64,000 nt of DNA from Leucoraja erinacea (Eukaryota): positions 34,906,001 through 34,970,000 of the forward strand of contig NC_073391.1 of assembly GCF_028641065.1 (NCBI RefSeq), given 5' to 3'. Position numbers and translations under genes: made by a program. Every line of letters begins with the position of its first letter. Positions within the stretch are counted from its first letter, which is position 1. The notes beneath the pieces are model-generated. The model ran no database searches. It was not told the origin of the DNA and worked only from the letters and a program-made list of their open reading frames with translations. Positions 1 to 13,212 of the stretch are shown piece by piece.

Positions 1-2145
1 GGAGTTGTCCATCTGCCATCAAGGATGACCTCTGCACATTCCTGTCCCTTCCCTGATAAGAGAAAGTCAAGAATGCTTCACCATCACATGTACCTCTCAC
101 CTGCCAGGCTTTGTTCTGCCCCACTTCTTTTCCACCTCTCTTCCTCCCCCGCCCCACAAACAGTCTGAAGAAGGGTCCCGACCCAAAACATCACCCATCC
201 ATGTTCTCCAGAGATGCTGCCTGATCCGCTGAGTTACTCCAGCACACTGTGTCTTAAACGAGCATCACGCAGACGAGACTCCCCACCATTGACTCCATCT
301 ACACCACGCTGCCTCGGGAAAATCATCCAATACAATCAAATACGTCCCACCTCGGTACAGAAGTTTTACAGCGGGCATCGCCAGACCGGAACAGCTTCTC
401 CTCCTCTGTGTTCGGGCTTCCGAACAGTCCTTGCATAAGCTAAGGTACTGTCCAATTCACGCCCACCTCATTGCGGACATTGGACCTTGTCTCTGGAACT
501 GATGAGCTGCAATGCTGAGAACTATGCTCTATACTCCGTATCTTCCCCTTTGCTCTATCTATTGTACTTGAGTTTCAGTTGATGGTGTTTATGTGTCTAT
601 ATATTTATGTATCTGATCTGTTTGGCCAGCAGGCAAAACAAAGCTTTTCACTGTGTCTCGTTACACGTGACAATAATACACCTAAACATTTGAATTTAAA
701 ACGTTCATTTATGTTAAAATGAGGTTGATTAAAAAATAAATGAACCTGAAGATATTTCTGTGAGGCTGATTCGCTGAGGCACATTGGTGAATAGTGCCTT
801 TAGTGAATTGGTGAATAGTGGCCATTACAGTTTGCATATTGTTCATTTAAATTAGACTTGAGCAACTGTATCCCCAAATGCACATTTACACATGCCAGGC
901 AAATGAGTTGGGACACCTGGTGCACTATGTATTCCAAGGCACTACCTTCAGGCAAGTCCATTACACAGGAAGAGGCTATTCAGCCCACCAGGCTCAGCTC
1001 CAGACCCAACAGAATCGCTGTATGTTGAGCAGCCATGCAGGTGGAATGGGCTGGAGAAAGTGATTTTGTTCCCTGTGTTCCATCACACACTTTCAGGTCA
1101 GACACCGAGTGAAGCTCCCTCTACACAATCCAATCATACATTCCCAGGGTCAAACTGACCGCTCTGGTCCCGTCCTCTATTTTTCTCACCCTGACCCAGA
1201 GGAGGCAGGTGAACTTATCCTGGAGAGACAGGAATCACTGGGTCTCTGCTGGGGTTCTGAGTCTCCCGTTGGAGGAGGGCGGTCAGGCGCTGGTTTGCAT
1301 CCGTACCCAGGTAGCGACTCTCCGACTCAGGACCCTGCGGAGATATATGTATTCCGAGTATTCCCGAGGACCCTGCGGAGGTATATGTATTCCATGTATT
1401 CTGAGTGCCCGCCTAGATGGCACCTGCTGGCGACGCACTTTTTCCTCTAGGGACGCTGCCTCCAGGAGGGGACACGGCTCCCGGTAGCGGGCATCAGTCG
1501 ACGCGTTAGGCGGGAGTTTCCTGGCTTTTATCATGACTTACTTAAAGCCAGGTACTGCCTCAAAGGCACTATTAAACGTGTTACTTTTTTGTCTGTTTGT
1601 TTTGTTTCTGGGTAAAACCATTTGCATTCTCAAAAAACGGGTCAGACACAGACAGTGTACGTTCCTTTGCAACTGAACACTCACCGATCAATAACACCCG
1701 CTAATTTCCTTACATTGAGAAAACTTAATAGTAAATGATTTTTATTGTTTGGTTTGTTAACGACAAAGTTTGTTAAAAGGCCTGGATGGCACATTGTGGT
1801 CTTTGCCCGTTGTCCAGGCAACACTCCATTGTAGACTCTGGTTTTCAAGGTGACGTTCCCTTTCCCAAGGGCAGCAATGAGTCAAGTATTGGATTCGCCG
1901 AACCATTGACTAGAGAAGGATGAACAGCAGGAGCAGGTGGGCTAAAGGGCCTGTTTTCTGAGCTGTACACTCCTCCCACAAAGACAATTGTTATCTCTCG
2001 CCCCCTTCCCTTTCGTCCTTCATCGTTATTTGTCTGCCTTGGAATCCCTCAAATTCATCACTCCCTCCCCCCCCTCTCACACTCCCTCCCCTCCCCCACT
2101 CTCCAAGGGCATGACTTCCTGGCACAGAAGGGAGAGGAGGACAGA

Positions 2146-2631
2146 TCAGACCGGGGAGCTGATCACTTGCATTGGGGGTGTGGGTGGTGGTTGTGAGCGG
2201 GGGGGTGAGTTCTGCCCCAACGCTGGGGTCTGCCCGACCACCCCCCTCAGGTCTGCCCCCCCTCCCCCAACATTAAGGGGGGGCCTGGCATCAATCCATC
2301 GCTGCAGCAGCAGGTTGAGTTGGTCCCGGTTAGTGATGCCCCGCAGGGACGCTGCCTCCTCACCCCCCTCACCCCCCTCACCCGTCCTGTCCCAGTCGCC
2401 CCCCTTCCACGCTGCGCCGCTCTGCCCACTGGTGAAGAACTGTCCCACGCTGCGCCGTGCGAATGCCTGCGCGTGCTCCCAGCACATCTCCTCGAAGATC
2501 TTCTGCTCCAGGTGCAGGTAGTTGCCCCAGTAGCGGGCGTGGAGGTGGCTGGCGGGCCGGGAGCAGGCTCCGAGGGAACGGGCCAGGAAGGCCGCCAGGA
2601 TCAGCAGCAACGCGGCGCTCCATCCCACAGC
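2146..2631 (-). CDS. CALHM3: CALHM3-like coding exon 2 (TM4 and C-terminal helix); protein about 352 aa
   Basis: Acceptor ccacag|GCT. AVGWSAALLLILAAFLAR, YWGNYLHLEQKIFEEMCWEHA and LRGIT..W..ARPPL match the CALHM C-terminus; ends at TGA. Confidence 0.9.
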   Translation of the reverse strand, partial: AVGWSAALLLILAAFLARSLGACSRPASHLHARYWGNYLHLEQKIFEEMCWEHAQAFARRSVGQFFTSGQSGAAWKGGDWDRTGEGGEGGEEAASLRGITNRDQLNLLLQRWIDARPPLNVGGGGADLRGVVGQTPALGQNSPPRSQPPPTPPMQVISSPV

Positions 2632-3582
2632 CTGTGGACACAGAGGCAACAGGCAGAGTGCTGCGGATCAGGAGAACCAGACCCAGGGGTCACCAGCCAG
2701 CTGCCCCGGTGACTGGCCCAACCTGACCCACCTTCACAAGCCCAGCTTTGCAATGGCACCCTGCTCGAGATTATGCTCCTGAGACCTTACCAACATGGCG
2801 CTGACAATGAGACCTCAACAACATGATGCATTGCCCTGGACCCCCATCACCTGGTGCTGATCCCTTGGATCTCATCAACATGACGCTGCCTCAGAGTCCT
2901 CATTAAAATGGCGCTGATCCCACAGTCCTCATCAACGTGGCGCTGACCCCAGATATCTCATCAATACGGCTCAGCGTTGTGTTAAAGGCAGAGCTGTAGT
3001 CTATGAATAGTTTCTGTGAAAGGAGCAGAATTCGGCCATTCAGCTCACCAGGTCTACTCCGCCATTCAATCCTGGCTGATCTAACTCTCCGCCTCAACTC
3101 CATTCTTCTGCCTTCTCCCCATAACCCTTGACACCCGTACTAATCAATAGTCTATCTATCTCTGCCTTAAAAAATATCCACTGGCTTGTCCTCCACAGCC
3201 TTCCGTGGCTAGGACTTCCACAGACTTCCACAGATTCTGGCTTGTCACTTCTCATCTTCCTAAAGGAATGTGGCGTAGGTGTCTCACTTATCCAGATGGT
3301 CAGGGACTTAGCATTATCCATGGACCTGCTGTGGCGATAGAAGAACTGCAGTTGGTTAATGCTGCTTAGTAGTTGGATAACTTAATATTAACTTAATAAA
3401 CGTTATTCCCTTTATCCGGTATCTGTACGCTATGGACGGTTCGATTGTAATCATGTATAGTGTTCCCACTGGCTGGTAATGGGCGCAACAAAAATAGATT
3501 TTCACTGTATCTCGGTACACGTGACAATAAACTAAACTAAACTAAACCTAGATGGACAGAACGGTCCGAAAGCTGCCGTTAC

Positions 3583-4155
3583 CTGGGAGATGGTTCGCAG
3601 GTATCTATACATGGCCTTGGCGGGAAAGGGCGGGTGTCGGAGCAGGGCCGCGGGAGCGAGGTCTCTGCAAGGAACGCGGGCCAGGGCGGAGCGGATTTCG
3701 GCCTCCCGGTAGCCGCTCACGTTGGCGAAGCGGGCGGGCTCCACCGAGGCAGAGAAGGCGCAGACGACGCACTTGCCGTCCAGCAGAGCGACGATGATCC
3801 AAGCCGCGGGGGCGAGGGCGGCGCCCTGGAGCACGGAGAGAAGCAGGTACCTTAGCGCCTGCCCATCCCGTCCCCGTCCCCGTCCCCGTCCCGGGCTGCC
3901 CTCCGGCCGCCGAGCCTCCAGCAGTAGCAGCGCCCAGCGCCCGTTCACCATCACCCCACACAGGAAGAGAGCGACTGGCGGCAGGAGCAGGACGCCCAGC
4001 CCGTAGAGCGTGTTGTAGAGCGGCAGGCACGGGCAGCTGAATCGGTAGGAGCCGTAGAGCCGGACACCGGCCAGGGCCAAGAGAGCGCTCACCCCGTTCA
4101 TCAGCGACTCCGGGTTCGACTGCAAGTGGCGGAACGCGGCGAAAAAGCGATCCAT
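3583..4155 (-). CDS. CALHM3: Calcium homeostasis modulator, CALHM3-like, coding exon 1 (191 codons)
   Basis: MDRF..SNPESLMNG, FSCPCL.YN.LYGLG, ALLDGKCVVCAFS, ARVPC and RYLRTISQ are CALHM motifs. Exon ends CAG|GTAAC (phase 0). YGLG, LFLCG and CAFS.SV.P fit CALHM3 better than CALHM1. Confidence 0.9.
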
Positions 4156-4751
4156 GGTCCCCCCCGCACTCAGCCGGCCTCACCGACCCTTCACTGTCCT
4201 GAGTTACCGACCTAGCACTGTCCGGTTACCGACCCAGCGCCGTCCGGTCCGGCGCTGAGGAGTTACCGAGCCGGTGCTGTCTGACCTGGCGCTGTCTGTA
4301 GTCACCAACCCAGCACTGCCCGGTTTTCGGCCGAGCAGTGTCCGGTCCGGTTCTGAGGAGTTACCGAGCAGACTGTGTCTGGAGTCACAGACCAGGCGCT
4401 GTCCGCCGCACGAATGGTGCTGAAATTCCCGCACGCACTCGGCAGCACCAGGTGTGTGTGTGGTCAGGTAGACCGGGCCCCCGCTGGTACAGAAATTTGT
4501 ATTAAAGGGACCACTGTGTGCGTCTGCAGGAGGGGTGCATAGACTCTTGTATTACAAAGCGCAAGAGGCTGAGAAGTGGATTGGATACAAACAGGGAAGT
4601 AGGTGCATGAGTAGACCATTCGGCCCATTGAGCCAGCACCGCCATTCAATATGAACGTGACTGATCATCTAAAATCAGTACCTCTCTCCTGCTTTCCCCC
4701 CATATCCCCTGATTCTTTTAGCCCTAAAAGTTAAATCTAACCCTCTAGAAA

Positions 4752-5141
4752 TTGCCCAACGCATCACCGGTTCCTCGCTCCCCTCCATTGAGTCTGTCCA
4801 AAGCAAGCGCTGTCTGCGGAGGGCGCTCAGCATCGCCAAGGACTGCTCTCACCCCAACCATGGACTGTTTACCCTCCTACCATCCGGGAGGCGCTACAGG
4901 TCTCTCCGTTGCCGAACCAGCAGGTCGAGGAACAACTTCTTTCCGGCGGCTGTCACTATACTAAACAACGTACCTCGGTGACTGCCAATCACCACCCCCC
5001 CCCCCCCCCGACACTTATTATTATTATTTATTCAAATCGTTTGCTATGTCGCTCTTCCAGGGAGATGCTAAATGCATTTCGTTGTCTCTGTACTGTACAC
5101 TGACAATGACAATTAAAATTGAATCTGAATCTGAATCTGAA
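4752..5141 (+). mobile_element. 5'-truncated Rex1/Babar-type LINE 3' end
   Basis: Encodes RYRSLRCRTSRSRNNFFPAAV (typical ORF2 C-terminus). Tail GACAATGACAATTAAA(TGAATC)n; flanked by TCTAGAAA direct repeats. Confidence 0.7.
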
Positions 5142-6931
5142 TCTAGAAAGGTTTAAATTAATATATTGGTCAGACGCAGGCAAGTGGAATTAGTGTGGAT
5201 GGGACATCTTGGTGGCTATGGGAAAATTCAGCCGAAGCACTTGTTCCGGTGCCGTATGACTCTAAAATGAGTTTAAAGTGAGATTCTCATGGCTCTGTTG
5301 TCGGTACATATGACAATTAAGCATTCTTGACTCTCAAAGTCATTCGCCGTGTAAACAAATTGCAGTCGACAGCAAGGGTTACTTTAATTTATTTTAATTC
5401 ACTGTGAAAAAGACACAAAGTGCTGGAGTAACTCGGCGGGTCAGGCAGCATTTCTGGAGAACATGGATAGGTGATGTTTAAGGTCGGGACCCTTCTTCAA
5501 GCTGATCGTGATGGAGGGTGTGTGTGTGTGTGTGGGGGGGGGGGGGGGTGAGCTGGAATAGAGGAGAGTGAAGAGTGATGATAGGTGGATACAGGTGAGG
5601 GGGGGATGTGATAGGTGCGTGGTTGGACAAGGGCCAGAGATGGAAAGACAACATGAAGACACAAGGAACTGCAGCTGCTGGTTTACAAAAGAAGACACAA
5701 GGTGATGGAGTAACTCAGTGGGACAGGCAGCAGCTCTAGAGAATGTGGAAAGGGATTTGGGTCACGACCCCTCTTCAGGCTAATTGACATTTGCGGACGG
5801 GACCCTTCTTCAGAAACGTGCGAGATAAGAATAGAATATTTGTGAATTATGAAGCAAGAGGAAAGATTAGGAGGGAAGGAGAAATGACTGTGACCCCAGC
5901 CCATCACACAGACCAGATTCCTCACCATTCATTCCATCTACACTTAACAATGCCTCAGAAAAGCAACTGACAATCAAAGACTTGTCCCACCCCGGTCATT
6001 CATTCTTCTCCTCTCTCCTGTCAGGCAGAAGGTACAAAAGCTTGAAATCTCGTCCCACCAGGTTCAGAAACACCCTCTTCAATTCTGTTGTCAAACCACT
6101 AAACAATTCTCCCATAAGGGTAAAGGTATAGTACAAATCCTCCAACCTTCCTCATTGCAGACTTGACACTTTTTCTCTGCAACTGTAACACTGTAAAACT
6201 ACCTTCTGAACTCTGGCATTTTTCTCCTTGCACTACCTGTTGTACTTCCCTACAGCTTGATTGCACTCATGTAAAGTATAATTTCATTGGATAGCACACA
6301 AACAAAGCCCATCATTGTACCGAGGTACATGTGGCAGTAATACACTAATCTCAATATTCCACCTCACATTCATTCCAGCACTAGCTCCAGCTCAATGCTG
6401 CACACGGAAAAACGAATGCTGGAGGAACTCAGTAGATCGAGCAGCGCACTGTGGGGGAAATAGGCCGTCCAATGTTAGTCCTGATGCAGGGTCTGGGCTG
6501 GAAACGGGCAGAATTATTCTCCCCCACAAACGCTGACCCAGCAGGTGCTTCTTTTGCCCTGAATTCAGCATCTTACTTGAAATTACTTGAAAGACTTGTC
6601 CCACCCGGTCATTCCCCGGCATTCAGGTCGAAGGTTACTCGAAGCGTATTACTTGAAATTGGAGAATTCAATGTTCATATCGCTGGATCTACCCAAGCAG
6701 AATAAGAGGTTCAACATTGTTGGATAAGAAACAGAGTTCTGGTGAAGAACCTTCGACCTGAATGCCTGTTTCCCTCTCATATAGCCCTGGGCATCCCCAG
6801 TACATTTCAGCATTCAGATAGACCAAGACACTCTTGCTCTGGACCAAGACACTCTAGCAAAGCAACAGAGACCTGGTGAAGAACCTTCGACATGAATGCC
6901 TGTATCCCTCTCCACATAGCTCTGGACATCC

Positions 6932-7183
6932 NNNNNNNNNNNNNNNNNNNNNNNNNNNNNNNNNNNNNNNNNNNNNNNNNNNNNNNNNNNNNNNNNNNNN
7001 NNNNNNNNNNNNNNNNNNNNNNNNNNNNNNNNNNNNNNNNNNNNNNNNNNNNNNNNNNNNNNNNNNNNNNNNNNNNNNNNNNNNNNNNNNNNNNNNNNNN
7101 NNNNNNNNNNNNNNNNNNNNNNNNNNNNNNNNNNNNNNNNNNNNNNNNNNNNNNNNNNNNNNNNNNNNNNNNNNNNNNNNNNN
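6932..7183. other. Assembly gap
   Basis: Run of N. Confidence 1.
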
Positions 7184-8750
7184 ACAGTTGTACAGTGCAA
7201 AATGAAAAGACATTTCCCAGTGAATAGCGGAGCATCGCACATGAAATTTAAAACATTACACACATAATAACACTAAAAACAATCCAGTCCCTGATGGGAC
7301 AGTATAAATAGTTAAAAGCAGATAAAAACACAATGTTAAAATTCAATAAGCAAATCTTAAAAAAATGTCCGGGGCAGCTGATTTGAGTGGCCAGTGCCAG
7401 TTATTAAAGTGTCCGTGCAAGCCGCAGAATCAAGTGATTGTGAGTACAGAGTGACTGTTTAGCAGCCTCACAGCCTATGGTAGGAAGCTGTTTAGCAGTC
7501 TTGTAGTCCGGGCTTTGATGCTTCGATATCTCTTGCCTGACGGCAGGAGATCCAGGTGTATGTGGAGGGGGTGCAGTTTGTCCTTAGCAATTCTCTGAGA
7601 TTTTTTCAGACAGCGGCTCTGGAACAGTTCTTGTACCGAGGGTAGGGAGACGCCAATGATCCTCTGCTCCCCTCACTACCCACTGCAGAGCCTCCCTGTC
7701 CGAGCAGTTGCAGGTGCAGTACCCGTATTTATGCAGTACATGAGTACAGACTCCACCGTACCCCTGTAGAAAGTCCTGAGGATGTTGGTGGGGAGTGAGG
7801 CCTGTTTTAGTTTCCTCAGGAAGTGCAGTCGCTGATGGGCCCGTTTGACGGTCCCAGTGGTGTTCCTGGACCAGGTGAGGCTGTCCGTAATTTGCACACC
7901 AAGGAACTTTATGCTCTCCACTCTCTCCACTGCCGTGCCACTGATGTTGAGGGGTGTATGCTTTGGCTGCGCCCTCCTGAAGTCGACAACCATCTCCTTA
8001 GTTTTGTCGACATTCAATTCTAGATTATTTTTGCCGCACCAGTCCACCAGTTGTTCTACTTCCTCCCTGTACATTGATTCGTCATCTCCACTGATGAGTC
8101 CCACCACTGTAGTGTCATCCGCGAATTTTATGATCTTATTGTCCCTGAATCTGGCAGCACAGTCATGTGTGAGCAATGTGAACAACAGCGGGCTGAGCAC
8201 ACAGCCTTGAGGGGAGCCGGTGCTCAGCGTGATCGAGCCTGAAGTGTTCTTGCCAACACGGACTGACTGCGGTCTCTCTGTCAGAAAGTCCAAGATCCAG
8301 TGACACAGGGTGGTGTTGAGGCCCAGCAGGGTTAGTTTCTCCACAAGTCTCTGTGGGATGATGGTGTTAAACGCTGAGCTGAAGTCAATGTACAGGATTC
8401 TGGCGTATGTGTTTTTGTTTTCCAGATGCGTGAGTACTGTGTGCAGCGTGGTAGAGATGGCATCCTCTGTAGAACGGTTGGGGCGATAGGCAAACTGGAG
8501 GGGGTCTAACGATGAGGGGAGGCTGGCACCAATGTGGGGTTTCACCAGGCGTTCAAACACTTCATTATTATTGGGGTCAGGGCGACTGGGCGGTAGTCAT
8601 TTACGCAGGCAACCACTGGTTTCTTCGCTATGGGGATTATCGTGGAAGTTTTGAGGCATGTGGGGACAATGGCTTGACTAAGGGAGATGTTAAAGATGTC
8701 TGTTAGCACATCTGCTAACTCCTCAGCACATTCCTTGAGCACACAGCCTT
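7184..8750 (-). mobile_element. Rex1/Babar-clade LINE, reverse-transcriptase region (frameshifted)
   Basis: ORFs 8542-8742 (NDYRPVALT) and 7676-8560 ([36 protein letters not shown]). Confidence 0.92.
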
Positions 8751-8823
8751 ATTTCAACATTCCAGGATCTTTCTAAAGGACAAGAATATCTACAGATAGA
8801 CCAAGACACTCTAGCAAAGACAC

Positions 8824-8945
8824 CTAATCAAACTTATAGATAATACGGCCACACTTTTTAGTTTGTACATAGGTAGGTATACAACTGTTGATTAAGGCAG
8901 CCTCCTCCTCCTCTCTGCTCTCAAAGCAATGAAGACTCTTTCTGG
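8824..8945 (-). CDS. GGH: GGH-like copy A, exon 10 (ARKSLHCFESREEEEAALI...YKFD*)
   Basis: 122 nt, caacag| acceptor, TAG stop; ARK..H.F...EEE..ALI...Y.FD motif. Confidence 0.9.
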
Positions 8946-9920
8946 CTGTTGAGAGAAAATGCAACAACTTAAGAATTGGAAGGACATGTAGCCGAGGCAT
9001 CTAGAATCAAGAATCACTATATACAGAATAACCACGGGTCAGGCAGCATCTCTGGAAGACATGGGCAGCATGCTCCCCTTATACAGACTGATAGAGGGGA
9101 GGAAATGACTTTTGATGCTGGGTCTATTATGATGTCTGAAGAAGAGTCCTGACCCAAAACGTCTCCTATTACTGTCCTCCAGAGATGCTGCCTGGCCCAC
9201 TGAGTTACTCCAGCAACTTGTGTCTTTTTTTTTTACAATAAACCAGCAACTGCAGTTCCTTGTGTTTATCTTTAACATAATTGTTTTAAACGACATAATA
9301 ATTATTGAATTGTCAGGCTTACATCAGAACTTTTAATGTGGTTTGCCAAACTACCACAGTAACTTATGCCTCAAGATTCTGCGGTTTGCTTATTCAGATT
9401 TAAGATCCTGGTTTCAGATTGAACTAAATCACTTTCTATACAGAATGTTGCCATATTAAACTCTCCATAACTATAGGTTAATATATATATATTTCCAATT
9501 GCACAATATCGGATCTGAAACATTAATTCTTCAAAATACTGATGTAGAAAACCATCTCCAATATTCGCTCTGCTTGTGTCCACACTATTTCTGCTCAATT
9601 GCTTTGCCCAGTCTATGGGTAGATTGAAACCCCTCTCCTTTGTGATCACTGTCTCACCCTCATCCCTAACTTCTGGTTCAGCACTTTGTTCCTCATCACC
9701 GTTGAATTTCTCCCATCAATGTTTTTTACCTCTATCTGTTTCTCAGCTCCACACAAATTGTTCCATCTCCTTGATTTCCTGAGCTTTGATCCTTTCTCTT
9801 CCTACATTTATCCCATGTTTACTTTTACTTCGTCCGGCAGTATCCGGGATTATTCAATCCCCAACTACAGTCACTAGGGGCCAACCATTGTAACGCCCAT
9901 AACATCATTCCCATATGTAC

Positions 9921-10058
9921 CTTCATTTACAAAGAACTCTGCCAATAGGTAGGACATCCTGACTCCCAGGGGACAGTGCAGAAAATCAAAATTCTTCTTC
10001 CAGAAATATCTGTTGGCTTCCGGATGCCACTGTGTGCCGTAAATTGGATAGCGGATCG
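9921..10058 (-). CDS. GGH: GGH-like copy A, exon 9 (YPIYGTQWHPE, catalytic His)
   Basis: 138 nt, AG/GT flanks; QWHPE and YLLAEFFVNE. Confidence 0.93.
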
Positions 10059-10139
10059 CTGCAATTTGAATGAAAAGAGCTCAGTACAAATACTCTATGC
10101 CCTACTCCCAATTCCGATGTCTCCGCCGCATTTGCACCC

Positions 10140-11165
10140 GACGAGGTGTTCCATACCAGGACATTTGAGATGTCCTCATTCTATAGGGAATTGGGGGTTC
10201 CCTCTTCCATCATAGATGAGGCCCTCTCTAGGATCTCCTCACTATCCCGCAGCTCTGCTCTTGCTCCCCCAATTGCATTAGGGACAGAGTTCTCCTCAGT
10301 CCTCACCTTTTACCCCATCAGCCGTCGCATACAACACATAATTCTCCGACATTTTCACCACTTCCAACGAGATCCCACCGTGGGCCACATCATTCCATCT
10401 CCACCCCTTTCCACGGAGACCATTCCCTTCGTAACTCTTCTCTTCCCACCCAAACCACCCCCTCCCCAAGTGCTTTTCCCAGTAACCCAGGAGGTGCAAC
10501 CCCTGTCCCTATACATCCGCCCTCGACTCTGACAGTCTTTTCAGGTGAGGCACAGGTTCACTTGCACCTCCTCAAACTCATCTACTGTATCCGCTGTCCC
10601 AGGTGTGGAATCCTATATAATCGGCGGGACAGAGCGCAGGCTCAGCGATCGTTTCACTGAACACCTCATCTCGATCTGCCTAAGCCCACCATTTCCGGTT
10701 GCTAAGCACTCCCATTCCCACAATGAGCATTCTGTCCTGGGCCTCCTCCACTGTCAGAGTGAGCCCAGCGCAAATAGGAGGAGCATGTGCTCATGTTTTC
10801 GCTTGGGCAGCTTACACCCGTGGTATAAATTTTGATTTCTCTAACGTTAAGTAACCCTTGCTTTCCCTCTATAGCCATCCCCCCCTCTTCCTAATTCTCT
10901 GACCAGTCTAACTGACTCCCGGATTATTTTTCCTCTGTATGCTTCTTTGTCAGCTTCCCCTAGCTAACAATTATATATTCCACATTGTCCTTGAAGGTTT
11001 TCTCTTTTGATGCCTCATTTTCACACCTTCCCGTTCCTTATCCCCGTGTCTCCCTCTCCCCTGACTCTCAGTCTGGAGAAGGGTCTCGACCCAAAACGTC
11101 AACCATTCCTCTATCCAGATATGCTGCCTGTCCCGCTGAATTACTCCAGCATTTCGTGTCTATCT
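10140..11165 (+). mobile_element. Degenerate Penelope-like element: 3' ORF region (GIY-YIG endonuclease) and terminal repeat
   Basis: RHRFTCTSSN...YIIG.T.RRL.DRF.EH...PVAKH; ends in the CTG(A)AGAAGGGTCTCGACCC..AAACGTC...CTCCAGCA terminal unit. Confidence 0.8.
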
Positions 11166-11346
11166 TCAGTAGTGGGGGGCTTGATCTCGCCAACAACATC
11201 GTTAGTGAGCAAAGGGCGATAAGTTAGAATGGATGCAGAGAAGATTTCCAAGGCTGCTGCCAGGACATTAGGGCCTGAGCCACAGTGAGAGGTTGGGCGG
11301 TCTGGGACTTTATTCCTTGGAGCACAGGAGGCCAGATTCTCCCTAC

Positions 11347-11440
11347 CTTCCATGGTGGAGACGAAGGTGATTCCTTGTGGGTCAGTGTTGGTGGAGACGA
11401 CCCTGTAGAAGGAGCGCAGCTTCTCGTTCGCCTCGAAGTC
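11347..11440 (-). CDS. GGH: GGH-like copy A, exon 8 (DFEANEKLRSFYRVVSTNTDPQGITFVSTME)
   Basis: 94 nt, AG/GT flanks; NEKL..F, TNTD and F.STME motifs. Confidence 0.92.
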
Positions 11441-12525
11441 CTAAAGACAACGGCCATGGTTAGTTACTGGGGAGACGGAGCAGTGACTCACCCCCCCCCC
11501 CCCCCCCCCCCCCCCCCACGCCATCTACCCCACCCCCTCCCCACAGCGTGTTGTGGACCATCCCTTCCCTCCTTCCGAACCCTCGACTCCCCCCCCCCCC
11601 CTTTTCTTCAACCCATGTTTCATTTTGTCTTCCCCTCTGTCAGCGCAAAACTCAACCCTTATGACGACAAACGTGGAGAGGATTTTTCCACTGGTGGGAG
11701 AGTCCAGAACCAGAGGGCACAGCTTCAGAATAAAATGATGTACGTTTACAGAGGAGACGAGAATGAATTTCTTCATCAGATGGTGATGAATCTGATGCAT
11801 CCATTGCCGCAAGCGGCTATAGAGGCAGTTAATTGATTATTTCTAAGGGTGGAGATTGACAGATCCTTGATTAGCAAGGGAGTCAAAGGTTATAGGGAGA
11901 AGGCGGGAGAATGGGATTGTGAGGGGAAGATAGATCAGCCATGATTAAATAGCAGAGTAGACTTGATGGGCCAAATTGTCTAATTATGAACTGTGATACA
12001 CCAGTTCCAGAGTCAAAGTCCAATGCCTGCAATGTGAATCGGACAGTAACCTGGCTTATGGAAGCACCGTTCAGAAGACTGAACACAAGGGAAGAAGCTG
12101 TTCCCAAGGTTTACTCAATAGCAGCCACTAATGTAAATGAGTAGTTTTTTATGAACTGTTTCAAAATATAAACTAGCAGTGATCAGATTTGCAGAGAAAA
12201 CTTGTCTAGCTGAACAATGGCCACCGTCTGAAGATAGTTGCCGTGAGCTCAGTTCACCGAGCCAGAGACAGACAGAGGTCGATGAACCCAACACGACCAT
12301 AAACACCCGTCCAGGGACACCGACAGCCCTTTCTGGTGAGGCAGGCTGATGGGTTAGAGGGGAGAAAGCTGGGATAATGAGGTGCGGCAGGGTCTCCCCT
12401 CCCTCCACAGTAGCCCGATAACCCCGCTCCCCCTCCCCGCAGCCAGGCACCCCCACTCGACAACCCCCTCAGCCATATATTCCGTCCTCGCCCGCTACCC
12501 CCCGCTGCTCGCCGCCCCATCTTAC

Positions 12526-12632
12526 GTCCAGGGTGATGCTGTACTTGTGGAAGTGTCCGGTCAGAGAGTTTTCCCCTAAAGCTCTCATCATCTCCGGCGG
12601 GAAATCACGGAACATTCGGCAGCTTTTTATTT
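12526..12632 (-). CDS. GGH: GGH-like copy A, exon 7 (EIKSCRMFRDFPPEMMRALGENSLTGHFHKYSITLD)
   Basis: 107 nt, AG/GT flanks; RMF..FP and FHK.S motifs. Confidence 0.92.
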
Positions 12633-12817
12633 CTGAAAAGCAACGAGATGGAGTCAGGGTGGGTGAGGGGGTGGGGGAGGGGTGGGGGGGGGGGGGGGGG
12701 AGATGGGACAGCGGGGAGGACAGGATACCTAGCGACTGCCGCGGAGGGGATTCCATCCCTTCCCCCCCATCCCGATCCGCGCCCCACGCCCCCACCCAGT
12801 CCCACCCCGCCCCGTAC

Positions 12818-12956
12818 CGGGGGTGAAGTGGAGCGGCAGCGCCGCGTTGCCGCTATCCGTAAGGCGGAGCAGGTTGAGACCGGCGGTGAGCGCCGTCAGA
12901 AGCTGGTGGCCCAGACACGTGCCCCACACCGGGAAATAGTCGCCCCGGTCACCGGC
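12818..12956 (-). CDS. GGH: GGH-like copy A, exon 6 (GDYFPVWGTCLG, catalytic Cys)
   Basis: 139 nt, AG/GT flanks; peptidase C26 nucleophile motif. Confidence 0.95.
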
Positions 12957-13127
12957 CTGTGGAGAGAGAGAGAGAGAAAGGGGGGTGTAAACATTGGGGG
13001 GGGGGGGGGGGGGGGAGCGCCGCACTGTGGGGGGGGGGGGGGGGGGGGGTCTGTACTGAGGGAGCGCCGCATTCCCTATCGCTACGTTTGGACATGGTTA
13101 TCACGGACACAACCTGTCACCACTGAC

Positions 13128-13212
13128 CTGGATCGCCAGCCTGTAGAAGATTCCGGAAACCCGGGCGAACTCCGAGCTCTGGATGTCCACGGCCCCCCCG
13201 GGGAGCAGGATG
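13128..13212 (-). CDS. GGH: GGH-like copy A, exon 5 (ILLPGGAVDIQSSEFARVSGIFYRLAIQ)
   Basis: 85 nt, AG/GT flanks; PGG oxyanion-strand motif. Confidence 0.92.

Noticed and set aside
1283-1534. 83-aa ORF with a ~37-bp internal duplication
   Set aside because: No homology recognised; could be upstream sequence of a neighbouring gene, but unsupported.
6807-7263. ORFs spanning N runs (also 27993-28517)
   Set aside because: Gap artefacts.
9371-9649. 92-aa intronic ORF, possible viral insertion
   Set aside because: No recognisable motif and a non-ATG start; cannot be supported without a database search.
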